Positions 28,746 through 38,497 of a stretch of 64,000 nt of DNA are shown here, in pieces. Origin of the DNA: an uncultured Candidatus Saccharibacteria bacterium (GTDB lineage Bacteria; Patescibacteriota; Minisyncoccia; Phycocordibacterales; UBA5272). Both the position numbers and the translations under genes were made by a program. The stretch spans positions 6,961 to 70,960 of the forward strand of contig CAYWEW010000007.1 of assembly GCA_964457775.1 (NCBI GenBank). The letters are read 5' to 3'. Under the pieces are notes generated by a model. The model saw nothing but the letters and a program-made list of their open reading frames with translations, was not told where the DNA came from and made no database searches. Each line of letters opens with the position of its first letter. The first letter of the stretch is position 1.

Positions 28746-28832
28746 ACGCTGAATAACCTATTGCTATTGACAATATTATTTATAGGTGTAATATTATTAT
28801 TAAGTAGTTCAATCAAAAGGGGGTTTTTGAAA

Positions 28833-29159
28833 ATGGGTAGACATAATGGTAGTCAAAAGAGGAGACCGGTTCCTCAGGTAGAATCAAATCCAAAACTTGC
28901 AGAAGTTGTGCAACTTCATCCACTCGCACAGTTTCAGCAACAGGAAAGATTGATACCTTTTAGTCAGCTCAAAATTGGAGAAAAGTTCAAACTTCCGCGC
29001 ACTGAAAGTTCACCGAAAGATGTGGAATGTCCCGTGTTTATAAAGACTGAGCTAACCAGGAAGGACATAAATAATCCAGTGTCTGATTTGTTCAACTGTA
29101 AAGCAGGACATTGGACAGGATGGTTATCTGGAGTTATTCAAGTAATCCCTGTTTTCTAA
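28833..29159 (+). CDS. Small hypothetical protein (108 aa)
   Basis: AAGGGGG SD, upstream TTGACA, downstream terminator 29184-29209. Confidence 0.6.
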   Translation: MGRHNGSQKRRPVPQVESNPKLAEVVQLHPLAQFQQQERLIPFSQLKIGEKFKLPRTESSPKDVECPVFIKTELTRKDINNPVSDLFNCKAGHWTGWLSGVIQVIPVF

Positions 29160-29277
29160 ACCGTTCTAAACAAAAAGGAACAGAGCCTCGCATATTTTGC
29201 GAGGTTTTTGTATTTTTGAATTGGTATTAATGATGTATTTACTATAAACTAATAACCACTAACCACTAACCATCTTT

Positions 29278-29661
29278 ATGAGTACAATTTTTTCAAAAAT
29301 TATTTCCGGTGAGATATCAGCATACAAAATTTATGAGGATGAATATGTGTGTGCTTTTCTTGATATTAATCCTATACATAAAGGTCATACACTTGTTGTT
29401 CCAAAAGTGGAAGTTGATGATTTTCTAAAACTTGATGAAGAGATGTTTGATAAAGTGATGCACCGTATACGTTACGTAGCTCAGGTCATCAAAGGAAAAA
29501 TAAATTGCGAAAGAGTTGTTATGTTAGTCGAAGGTTATGAAATTCCACATGCTCATATGCATCTTATTCCGACGAACACTGGAGCAGATTTTGATAAGAA
29601 AAATATTTATAAAGCAACCAAGGAAGAGTTAGAAGAAGTCCAGGAATTATTGCAATCATAA
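29278..29661 (+). CDS. HIT-family nucleotide hydrolase
   Basis: IFSKII.GEI, FLDINP..KGHTLVVPK, HAHMHLIP. Confidence 0.92.
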   Translation: MSTIFSKIISGEISAYKIYEDEYVCAFLDINPIHKGHTLVVPKVEVDDFLKLDEEMFDKVMHRIRYVAQVIKGKINCERVVMLVEGYEIPHAHMHLIPTNTGADFDKKNIYKATKEELEEVQELLQS

Positions 29662-29665
29662 TATC

Positions 29666-29917
29666 ATGAGTTTTACTGAGGCTGTATATAAAGTAGTTGC
29701 AAAAATCCCAAAAGGGAAAGTTCTCACATATAAAGAAGTTGCAATACGTGCAGGTAATCCTAAAGCAAGTCGTGCGGTTGGGAATATCCTTAATAAAAAT
29801 AATGATCCAAATGTTCCATGTCATCGTGTTATTAGAAGTGATGGAAAAATAGGAGGATATAATAAAGGGAATAAAGAAAAGATTAGACGTCTCAAACAAG
29901 AAGGTGCTATTATGTAA
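29666..29917 (+). CDS. MGMT-family (O6-alkylguanine DNA alkyltransferase) protein
   Basis: IPKGKV.TY..VA..AG.P.A.RAVG, PCHRV active site. Confidence 0.9.
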   Translation: MSFTEAVYKVVAKIPKGKVLTYKEVAIRAGNPKASRAVGNILNKNNDPNVPCHRVIRSDGKIGGYNKGNKEKIRRLKQEGAIM

Positions 29918-29919
29918 AC

Positions 29920-30273
29920 ATGAAGTATTTAATTATTAGAACCATTGCTGTTCTTGCCACAAGTTATATTACTAGAGTTGGCGTACCGTTAGTTTTTACT
30001 TTGAGTTCAATTGCAAGCACTCTTTGGACCGCTCTTTTAGTAGCTGTTGTTATTGCATTAATTAACCATACCATTAAGCCAATATTCATGTTAGTCTCCA
30101 TTCCGGTTAATTTGATGACACTCGGATTATTTTCATTTGTAATTAACGGAGCAATGATTCTACTTGCAGCGCGTATAATTGGGCCAACCTTTAATATACC
30201 AGGACTATTGATGGCGATATATTTTTCAATTGTTCTTGCTATTATCAACTGGGTACTTCACATATTTGAATAA
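29920..30273 (+). CDS. 4-TM phage-holin-family (YvlD-like) membrane protein
   Basis: N..IKP...L.SIP.N..TLGLF.FVIN motif. Confidence 0.82.
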   Translation: MKYLIIRTIAVLATSYITRVGVPLVFTLSSIASTLWTALLVAVVIALINHTIKPIFMLVSIPVNLMTLGLFSFVINGAMILLAARIIGPTFNIPGLLMAIYFSIVLAIINWVLHIFE

Positions 30274-30275
30274 TA

Positions 30276-31022
30276 ATGAAAATAGTTTCTCTTAACATTG
30301 AATGTAATAAACATTACGAAAGGTTTCTTCCTTTTCTGGAAAAAGAGAATCCAGATGTAATTTGTTTACAAGAGGTGCTTGAAGAAGACCTTCAATTTCT
30401 AGTAGAAAAACTTGTAAATTTAAACTATATATTTAAGCCTTTTGAATATGTGACATCTAGTCATCCAGATTATAAGAAACTTTATGGTAAAAAAATGGGG
30501 AATGTTATTTTTTCAAAGAATATTATGAATTCCGGATATTCATATTATTGGGGAGATGAAAGTTACAGTATGATGCCATTTGATGAATATGATACAAAAA
30601 AAGATCAACTTAAAAATTATGTTTTTGTATGGGCTGATATAAAAGACGAATCTGGAGAAATATTTAGATGTGTTACAACACATTTCCCTGTAACTAAAGA
30701 AGGTGAATCAACTCCACTTCAACTAGAAATAACTGCACCATTTTTTGCAAAATTAGATGAACTTGGTGACTTTGTTTTGTGCGGGGATTTTAATGCTCCA
30801 CGAGGAAATGAAACTTTTAGAAGAATTGCAGAAAAATATAAAGACAATATTCCAGCAAAATATGTGACCAGTTTGGACCAAAATTTACACAGAGTAAAAG
30901 GTATTATTTTTATGGTTGATGGTTTGTTCACAACTAATGGCTACATAGCAAAAGACGTATCATTGATTGATGGAGTAAGTGATCATATGGCAGTAGTTGC
31001 AGAAATTTTTCCTGTTAAATAA
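30276..31022 (+). CDS. Endonuclease/exonuclease/phosphatase family protein
   Basis: SLNI, DVICLQEV, TTH, GDFN, SDH. Confidence 0.88.
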   Translation: MKIVSLNIECNKHYERFLPFLEKENPDVICLQEVLEEDLQFLVEKLVNLNYIFKPFEYVTSSHPDYKKLYGKKMGNVIFSKNIMNSGYSYYWGDESYSMMPFDEYDTKKDQLKNYVFVWADIKDESGEIFRCVTTHFPVTKEGESTPLQLEITAPFFAKLDELGDFVLCGDFNAPRGNETFRRIAEKYKDNIPAKYVTSLDQNLHRVKGIIFMVDGLFTTNGYIAKDVSLIDGVSDHMAVVAEIFPVK

Positions 31023-31469
31023 TTATTTGTCTGGGGTGATCTCTTCTACATCTTCTTGAATCTCATCAACATCTTTCTGAATTTCATCCACATCCTTTTG
31101 AATTTCTTCAATATCTTCCTGAATTTCTTCGTGAGCTTCTTGAATATCTTCCACATCTTCTGCAATCTCACCAACGTCTTCTGCGATTTCTTCAACATCT
31201 TCCTGAATCTCATCAATGTCTTTTTCAACGTTTTCAAGTGCGCGTGCTTGGTAGTTAACACTCAATTGTATGAATATAGATAGATATATTGCTTCCAAAG
31301 AAACGATAGTTGTAACAATAAGTAGCACTCTATCAAAATCAAATCCAAAGAACACCATAACAAAAGCACCTGCAAATAAAAGGGTGTGAATAATTATCGA
31401 TGGCACCGAGCCAATGCCTCTAGTTACAGAAAGTGCTATGGTTTCAAGCTTATTAAGAGGTATTTTCAT
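31023..31469 (-). CDS. DUF1003-like membrane protein with acidic heptad-repeat tail
   Basis: GS...IIHT, T.IVSLEAIYLSIFIQ.SVN; C-terminal repeats (IQEDVEE)n. Confidence 0.8.
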   Translation of the reverse strand: MKIPLNKLETIALSVTRGIGSVPSIIIHTLLFAGAFVMVFFGFDFDRVLLIVTTIVSLEAIYLSIFIQLSVNYQARALENVEKDIDEIQEDVEEIAEDVGEIAEDVEDIQEAHEEIQEDIEEIQKDVDEIQKDVDEIQEDVEEITPDK

Positions 31470-31508
31470 GTTGTTTTTACTATACCATAAAAGTGTTAGA
31501 ATAGGGAT

Positions 31509-32666
31509 ATGATAACAGTCATACCAATTATTATGTTGTTAATGTTCCTCTTTATTGTTGTAGGAATTGGTTTCCTTATTTATTCATTTACTATTAAAAA
31601 AAATATCATGAACGGAGAAATAAAAACAAAAGCACTAGACGTATTCGTTTACTTGGGAATTGCGATATCACTTGTATGGAGTGTTGTTAATCTTTTACAA
31701 ATTATATTTTCTGCAATTGATAGAAAATTTGTGGATGTATTAAATGCTACGATGTATTTGGATACATATAACAGTGATGTTAGATTTGCTATCGCATCAC
31801 TAGTAGTGATGTACCCAATCTATTTAGGATTGTCGTGGTATGTAGCAAATGATATACAAAAGTTTTTATATAAGCGTGATCTTCTAATTAGAAAAGTAAT
31901 GGTGTACATAACATTATTTGTTACTGTGTGTACTCTTATAGGCACACTTGTCTCACTTATCTATACATATTTAGGTGGTGAGTTATCTGTGAGATTTGAA
32001 TTAAAAGCACTAGCAATATTTGTAGTGGCTCTTTCTTTGTTTGCTTATTATTTGTATTCAATGAAAAGAGATTATTCAAAGAAAAGTAATGTTCCTTTAA
32101 TTTTAAGTATAGTAGTTTCAACTGCAGTTGTTGTATCTTTGGTTTGGAGTGTGAGTATTATTGGAACACCATCACAAATGCGTGCGAAGAGATTAGACAG
32201 TACAAGACTGTCTGATATTTCTAGAATACAACAAGAAGTTTTGAGTCGAGTAAATATGACTGATAAAATTCCAGCTGAACTTTCAGAATTGAATAATGCT
32301 TTCCAGGGATATGCTATTCCAGTTGATCCAGTTACAAAGGAAGCTTATGGATATAATGTTATACAACAACCAACATTTAAAATGAATTATGTTACTAATA
32401 AAAAAGAATTAGTAACACCTGCAATATTCGAATTATGTGCGACATTTGAAACGGTTCGCAATGTTGATGCAAGAGGTATGTCTATTAATGCATCAGAGCC
32501 GATGAAAGTTGGTGTGGGTGGAGGTGTAGGAATTGGTGTAATGGATATACAGTATTCTGCTATGAACTATTATTACGAGGGCGATCAATCACCTTTCTGG
32601 AATCATGAAGTAGGGGAGAAGTGTTTTAAGAGAATTATATCTTCCGAAATGTATTACGGTCGTTAA
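31509..32666 (+). CDS. DUF5671-like membrane protein (CPR-typical)
   Basis: Six TM helices, RFAIASLVV.YP, GTP...R..RLD..R..D, DPVT..Y.Y, FELCATF. Confidence 0.75.
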   Translation: MITVIPIIMLLMFLFIVVGIGFLIYSFTIKKNIMNGEIKTKALDVFVYLGIAISLVWSVVNLLQIIFSAIDRKFVDVLNATMYLDTYNSDVRFAIASLVVMYPIYLGLSWYVANDIQKFLYKRDLLIRKVMVYITLFVTVCTLIGTLVSLIYTYLGGELSVRFELKALAIFVVALSLFAYYLYSMKRDYSKKSNVPLILSIVVSTAVVVSLVWSVSIIGTPSQMRAKRLDSTRLSDISRIQQEVLSRVNMTDKIPAELSELNNAFQGYAIPVDPVTKEAYGYNVIQQPTFKMNYVTNKKELVTPAIFELCATFETVRNVDARGMSINASEPMKVGVGGGVGIGVMDIQYSAMNYYYEGDQSPFWNHEVGEKCFKRIISSEMYYGR

Positions 32667-32785
32667 AAAAAATCACTTTATCTACTGCGTTGTGTGAGAT
32701 TTTTTCTCCATGCGCCGTACTTACTCGTACGCCTTAGTCATAAAAATCTCACACGCCTTTTATCTAAAGCAATTTTTTCATAACG
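32661..32785 (-). repeat. Palindromic repeat family, copy A
   Basis: On -: AGATAAAAGGC-stem-GCGTACGAGTAAGTACGG-stem-AACGCAGTAGAT within an outer IR. Confidence 0.75.
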
Positions 32786-32819
32786 AAAAATAAAGAACTA
32801 CTTTACGAATTAGTTTCGT

Positions 32820-32860
32820 AAATACAAAGAACGATACCGAAAGTATCGTTCTTTGTATTT
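32820..32860. terminator. Perfect 18-bp hairpin
   Basis: AAATACAAAGAACGATAC-cgaaa-GTATCGTTCTTTGTATTT. Confidence 0.65.
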
Positions 32861-32936
32861 CTAAAGAATAACATCCTAACTTCCTAACGTGCATTTTTGT
32901 TTTGCTACTACATGATAATTTGATAGTATAGAGAGT

Positions 32937-35789
32937 ATGAAGTTATACGACCATAAAAATAATGACGCTAAGTGGCAGAAGGATTGGGAAGATAAAAAAA
33001 TATATCAAACTCCCGTCAAACCAAACGGCAAGAAGTCATACATTCTAGACATGTTCCCATATCCATCAGGAGACGGCCTACATGTTGGTCATCCAAAAGG
33101 ATATATTGCAACAGATATTTATTCGAGATTTAAGCGTATGAATGGCTATGACGTGCTGCACCCAATGGGATGGGATGCCTTTGGTCTTCCCGCAGAACAA
33201 TATGCTATCAAAAATAAAATACATCCTAAAATTGCAGTAGAAAAAAATGTTGCAATGTTCAAGCAACAACTTTCTCATCTTGGTCTTAGTTATGATTGGT
33301 CACGAGAAATAGACACAACAGATCCTAATTTTTATAAATGGACTCAGTGGATTTTTACAAAGTTATACGAGAAGGGTTTAGCTTATGAAAGTAATGAACC
33401 AATCAATTGGTGTCCAACATGTAAGACCGGTCTTGCGAATGAAGATGTTAATGCAGATGGGACGTGTGAGAGATGTGATACTAAAGTAGAGAAGAAACCA
33501 ATTCGACAGTGGGTGCTTAAGATTACTGATTATGCAGATAGAATGCTTTCGGATTTAGACACTCTCAATTGGCCTGAAGGGGTGAAGACTGCTCAGAAGA
33601 ATTGGATTGGACGTAGTGAAGGTGCAGAATTTGATTTCAAATTAGTTGACGCACCACAGGAGTCAGTGAGAATTTTTACAACTAGAGCAGATACACTTTT
33701 TGGTGCAACGTATGTAGCTATATCAGCCGAACTAGCTCAATCATGGTTGAAGATGAATTTTAAAATGAGTGAAGATGTCAAGAAGTATATTGTAGCTACA
33801 TTGGAAGATCAAAAGAAAGAAAATGATTATTCTGTCGTTCCTGAAAAAACAGGAGTGTTCACGGGCGTATATGCAATTAATCCTGTAACACAAGAAAAGC
33901 TTCCAGTATGGATTGCGAATTATGTAATGGGTGGAGTTGGCACTGGTGCAATCATGGCCGTACCAGCTCACGATGAACGTGATTATGAATTTGCAAAGAA
34001 ATATAATCTACCAATTAAGCAAGTTGTTCTTCCAGTTTTTGTCGATAAAGTTAATCCACCTAAAGTAGACGCTGAAGATACTGTTCGTCATGGTGTGATT
34101 GTTCTTGTTAAACACTGGTCCGAAGAAAAGTATTTGATTGATTATTCTCCGAAGTTTAATTGGAAGTGTTTATTCACAGGTGGTATAGATGAAGGGGAAG
34201 ACCCACTGGATTCTGCTGTTAGAGAAATAAGAGAAGAAACTGGGTATCAGAATATAAAGGAAGTAAAATATATTCCACTTGAACATGTTGATAAATTCCA
34301 TGCACCACATAAAGGGGTTAATAGAGTTGCATATCAAAAAAATATCTTTATTCAGCTTCTAGATGGAGAAACAAAAGAAAGAACAGAAGAAGAAAAAGAG
34401 CTTCACCATATTTCTTGGTTAACAAAAGAAGAGATGAGAAAAACGATTTCACTTCCAAATCATCTTTTTATTTTTGAGACGGCATTACAAGATGGAAATG
34501 TTTTGACTGAAGACGGTATTCTTTCTAATTCTGGTAATTATTCTAATTTGGAATCAAAAGAAGTAAGAGAAAAAATCATAAAAGATTTTGGTGGTAAAAA
34601 AGTTGTAAAGTACAAAATACAAGATTGGGTATTTGCTCGTCAAAGATATTGGGGTGAACCATTTCCTGTTGTTCGTGATGAAAATGGAAAAGTGTATATG
34701 GTTGACGAAAGTGAACTTCCAGTACTACTTCCAAATGTAGAGAGCTATGAACCAACAGATACTGGAGAGTCACCACTTGCAACTATTACGGACTGGGTAA
34801 ATGTAAAAGGCTTTATTACTGACAAGGGGACATTCAAACAATCAGCTGACGGAAAAGTATTCACTCGCGAAACAAACACAATGCCACAGTGGGCAGGTTC
34901 ATCATGGTACTATCTTCGCTTTGCAGATCCGAGAAATGATAAAGCACTTATTGATCCAGAGATAGAAAAGTCGTGGTTACCAGTTGATGTATATGTTGGA
35001 GGGGATCATGCAACAAGACATCTTATCTATGCGAGATTTTGGCACAAATTTTTGTATGACATTGGAGTCGTGTCATCAATCGAACCATTTTCACGTTTAG
35101 AGTTCTTAGGATTTATTCTTGCTGAAGATGGACGTAAGATGAGTAAGAGATGGGGGAATATTATCAATCCAGACGATGTGGTAGCCGAGCATGGAGCAGA
35201 CACACTTCGAGTGTATGAAATGTTCATGGCACCATTTGAACAAACTGCCTCATGGAGTACATCAAGTATTAAAGGTTCAGATAAATTTTTGGACAGAGTG
35301 TATTCACTTCAATCAAAAATTGTAGAGAAAAGTAATGTGACCAATGTACTTCATAAGACAATTAAAAAAGTCACAGAAGATATTGAGAGTTTTAAGTTCA
35401 ACACAGCAATATCTCAGATGATGATATTAACTAATAGTATGGAAGATGGGGAATTTACAAAAGATGATTACAGTACTTTCTTGCAAATTTTAGCCCCGTT
35501 TGCACCACATCTTACAGAGGAAATTTGGTCCAAATTAGGGCAAAATACATCAATTCATAGCTCGGTTTGGCCATCATTTGATGATAAATATCTAGTCACA
35601 AATGAGGTAACTATAGCAATTCAGATAAGCGGAAAGATGAGGGGAACAACTATTACAACACGAGATTTGTCAGATGACAAGATGATAGAATTGGTAAAAA
35701 CCCTTGAAATATATAGGAAATATGTCGGTGATGCCGTTCCTAAAAAAATAATAGTAATTCCAAATCGGCTAATTAATATAATAATTTGA
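32937..35789 (+). CDS. leuS: Leucyl-tRNA synthetase with inserted Nudix domain
   Basis: MFPYPSG.GLHVGH, GTGAIMAVPAHD editing motif, KMSKR; insert GGIDEGEDPLDSAVREIREETG. Confidence 0.96.
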   Translation: MKLYDHKNNDAKWQKDWEDKKIYQTPVKPNGKKSYILDMFPYPSGDGLHVGHPKGYIATDIYSRFKRMNGYDVLHPMGWDAFGLPAEQYAIKNKIHPKIAVEKNVAMFKQQLSHLGLSYDWSREIDTTDPNFYKWTQWIFTKLYEKGLAYESNEPINWCPTCKTGLANEDVNADGTCERCDTKVEKKPIRQWVLKITDYADRMLSDLDTLNWPEGVKTAQKNWIGRSEGAEFDFKLVDAPQESVRIFTTRADTLFGATYVAISAELAQSWLKMNFKMSEDVKKYIVATLEDQKKENDYSVVPEKTGVFTGVYAINPVTQEKLPVWIANYVMGGVGTGAIMAVPAHDERDYEFAKKYNLPIKQVVLPVFVDKVNPPKVDAEDTVRHGVIVLVKHWSEEKYLIDYSPKFNWKCLFTGGIDEGEDPLDSAVREIREETGYQNIKEVKYIPLEHVDKFHAPHKGVNRVAYQKNIFIQLLDGETKERTEEEKELHHISWLTKEEMRKTISLPNHLFIFETALQDGNVLTEDGILSNSGNYSNLESKEVREKIIKDFGGKKVVKYKIQDWVFARQRYWGEPFPVVRDENGKVYMVDESELPVLLPNVESYEPTDTGESPLATITDWVNVKGFITDKGTFKQSADGKVFTRETNTMPQWAGSSWYYLRFADPRNDKALIDPEIEKSWLPVDVYVGGDHATRHLIYARFWHKFLYDIGVVSSIEPFSRLEFLGFILAEDGRKMSKRWGNIINPDDVVAEHGADTLRVYEMFMAPFEQTASWSTSSIKGSDKFLDRVYSLQSKIVEKSNVTNVLHKTIKKVTEDIESFKFNTAISQMMILTNSMEDGEFTKDDYSTFLQILAPFAPHLTEEIWSKLGQNTSIHSSVWPSFDDKYLVTNEVTIAIQISGKMRGTTITTRDLSDDKMIELVKTLEIYRKYVGDAVPKKIIVIPNRLINIII

Positions 35790-35836
35790 CGTTTTTGGCA
35801 AATTCTGTTAGAATAGAGAAAACTAATTAATAATAT

Positions 35837-36865
35837 ATGTCAGGCATTACTTTCAAACCAAAAGCAATTTCTAAGAAACTGTTGACCACACTCAATCCAC
35901 GTACACGTGAGATTGTGGTTAATCGTTACGGGCTAGAGAAGGAGAATCGTATGACTCTTGAGGCAATCGGTAAGACATACGATATTACTCGTGAGCGTGT
36001 TCGTCAGATTGAAAACTTTGCTCTTGGTTCAATCAAGAAGTCAAAAGAATACAAGGAAAGTGCTTTTGTTTTTGAGGAACTCAAAAGTATCATCAAAGAA
36101 TTAGGCTCTGTTGTATCAGAGGACCATTTAATGCGTCACATTTCAAAGGACCCAGTTATTCAGAATCATATTAATCTATATCTCGCTTTAGGTGAAGATT
36201 TTGAAAAGCATAAAGAGAGTGATAATTTCCAAGCTCACTTTTCAACTGACAATAAAACTGCAAAGCATGTTCGTGAAGCACTCGATAAGTTGTACTCTTC
36301 TATAAGTGAAGAAGATTTAGTAAGTGAAGAAGAAATCTTCAGTCGTTTTACAGGACATCTATCAGAACTTGTTTCAGAATATAAAGAGAATAAAGATATT
36401 ATTAATCGCTATCTAGCCTTATCAAAAGTTGTAGGTAAAAATCAATTAAGTGAATGGGGTCGCACATCTTCTCCACACGTAAAGGCCCGTGGTATTAAGG
36501 ATTATGCATATCTCATTATGCGTCGAGCTGGTCGCCCTATGCACTTTAAGGAAGTTGCTACAGAAATTAACAAGACATTTGGAAAGAAAGCTCATGTTGC
36601 AACATGTCATAATGAACTTATTAAGGACTCACGTTTCGTTTTAGTTGGTCGTGGCATGTACGGACTAAAGGACTGGGGTCATACAGGAGGCGTTGTTCGT
36701 GATGTTATTGCAGAAGTTTTGAAAGAAGCTGGACGCCCACTTCATAAAGATGAAGTTATCAAGAGAGTATTAGCAAAGAGAATTGTAAAACCAAATACTA
36801 TTCTTGTTAATCTTCAGAACTCAAAATTTTTCCGTAAAGTAGCAGGGGATTATACATTGGCATAA
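35837..36865 (+). CDS. Sigma-70 region 4-like HTH plus HARE-HTH (RNAP delta-like) protein
   Basis: TLEAIG..Y.ITRERVRQIE; PMHF.EV...I, HNELIKDSRFVLVGRGMYGL.DWG. Confidence 0.8.
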   Translation: MSGITFKPKAISKKLLTTLNPRTREIVVNRYGLEKENRMTLEAIGKTYDITRERVRQIENFALGSIKKSKEYKESAFVFEELKSIIKELGSVVSEDHLMRHISKDPVIQNHINLYLALGEDFEKHKESDNFQAHFSTDNKTAKHVREALDKLYSSISEEDLVSEEEIFSRFTGHLSELVSEYKENKDIINRYLALSKVVGKNQLSEWGRTSSPHVKARGIKDYAYLIMRRAGRPMHFKEVATEINKTFGKKAHVATCHNELIKDSRFVLVGRGMYGLKDWGHTGGVVRDVIAEVLKEAGRPLHKDEVIKRVLAKRIVKPNTILVNLQNSKFFRKVAGDYTLA

Positions 36866-36900
36866 TTAGTCAAAAGTCTAAAGTCTGTAAAGTTAAAAGT

Positions 36901-36935
36901 AGTAAATGCATAACCTAAAGGGTTATGCATTTACT
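36901..36935. terminator. Perfect 15-bp hairpin flanked by inverted AAAGT/ACTTT short repeats
   Basis: AGTAAATGCATAACC-taaag-GGTTATGCATTTACT. Confidence 0.65.
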
Positions 36936-36982
36936 TTATAAACTTTCAACTTTATAGACTTTTGATGTTATACTTTCTTAAT

Positions 36983-38482
36983 ATGCAACTCCTTATTGAT
37001 ATAGCATTATCCCTAATATATTTGTGCGCTTTTTTACTTATATGCGCATGGATATGGCGCTTTTGGAAGATGTATGTCAATCAAAAGTTTCTTGATAAAT
37101 TTAATAAGGACAGTATTTTGCTTGAAATTAAACTTCCAAGAGAAATAATGAAGTCTCCACTTGCAGCAGAAATTGCCCTTACTTCGCTACTTCAAAGTGG
37201 TGGAGTTGGACATTGGTATGCCAGAGAGTTTCAAGGAAATCTTCCTGCTTATTCTTCACTTGAAATTGCTTCATTAGAAGGAATTGTTCATTTTTATATT
37301 AGAATTAATAAAAAATTTAAAGGAACTGTAGAATCAAGTTTTTATGCTCAATATCCTGGTATTGAAATAGTTGAAGCAGATGACTATACAAAACTTATTA
37401 GGTATCATCATTTATCAAAAGATACTTCTATGTGGGGAGCAGAGTTTCCTTTATCAGGTAGCTGGAAACCAACTAATCCAGATACTGGTAAGCCGTATGG
37501 TGAAGACTATAAAATGAAAGCCGATTTTCTTCCGATTAAAACTTACGTTGATTATGGTTTGGATAAAGATCCGAAAGAAGAATTCAAAACAGATCCAATT
37601 ACTTCACAGATTGAATTTATGGGTAGTGTTGGAAAGGGGGAATATTTTTGGTATCAAATTCTTGTACAAGATGAGAGTGTATACAGTGGGAAAAAATTTC
37701 CAAAATTTTATTTTAATGAAGTAAATGGAAAACATATGTCTTTGGTAGATATGGCTGACGAAAGAAAGAAACAGATACGTACAGCTTCACACATAATTAA
37801 AGGTGATCCTTTTTTGGATAAATATGGTGACCAAGAATTTAAAAAGAGCGGTAAAAAGGATGCCGAAGGTAAAGATATTTTAATTCCAGCTTTACAACCA
37901 AAAACAAAAGCTGAAAATAAAAAAGAAGTAGATTTAACACAGTCAGAGAAAGAAGAAATCGAAGCAATCAACAAAAAAGTTTCAAAACCTCTTGGTCTTG
38001 TATTGGTGCGATTAATATATGTAGCTAAAAAGGAGAACTTTAGTCCACAACATATTCAAAATATATTAAGTCTAGGGAAACCATTTAAAGGAATTAACTC
38101 ATTTGGTCTTAGCCCAACTGACCCATACGACTTTCCTTGGCAAAATCTTGGAGGCAAAAGAACTGCTTGGAGAGGTGAAGAGATGTTTAGTGCATATGTT
38201 GAAAGAGAGGGATTTTTCCCGCACACAAAAGACAGGAAAAATTTGGATGCATGGGAAGATACAGCGTTTTATCCATACTCTATGAAATCTAGAAAAATAT
38301 TTAGAATGATATATGAGGCAATATTTTATCCGTTTGAGCACCCAACTCCTAAGAATGTGTCTATTATGAATACTGAAGAATTGGCGACATTGTGGCACCT
38401 ACCTGGTCAAGTTGCTGGCACACCAACACTCCCTCGTATTGATAGTAATAAGGGTATGGCACCTACTAATCTTCCTCAGTAA
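36983..38482 (+). CDS. CPR-type conserved membrane-anchored hypothetical protein
   Basis: TM; LLEIKLPRE..KSPLA.E, SLEIAS..G.VHFY, YAQYP.IEI.E.DDY, PIKTY, N.EELATLWH.P. Confidence 0.75.
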   Translation: MQLLIDIALSLIYLCAFLLICAWIWRFWKMYVNQKFLDKFNKDSILLEIKLPREIMKSPLAAEIALTSLLQSGGVGHWYAREFQGNLPAYSSLEIASLEGIVHFYIRINKKFKGTVESSFYAQYPGIEIVEADDYTKLIRYHHLSKDTSMWGAEFPLSGSWKPTNPDTGKPYGEDYKMKADFLPIKTYVDYGLDKDPKEEFKTDPITSQIEFMGSVGKGEYFWYQILVQDESVYSGKKFPKFYFNEVNGKHMSLVDMADERKKQIRTASHIIKGDPFLDKYGDQEFKKSGKKDAEGKDILIPALQPKTKAENKKEVDLTQSEKEEIEAINKKVSKPLGLVLVRLIYVAKKENFSPQHIQNILSLGKPFKGINSFGLSPTDPYDFPWQNLGGKRTAWRGEEMFSAYVEREGFFPHTKDRKNLDAWEDTAFYPYSMKSRKIFRMIYEAIFYPFEHPTPKNVSIMNTEELATLWHLPGQVAGTPTLPRIDSNKGMAPTNLPQ

Positions 38483-38497
38483 ATAATTTATTAGCAC

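Noticed and set aside
29920-30273. Prophage suggested by holin-family gene
   Set aside because: This family is common on chromosomes; no structural, terminase or integrase genes nearby
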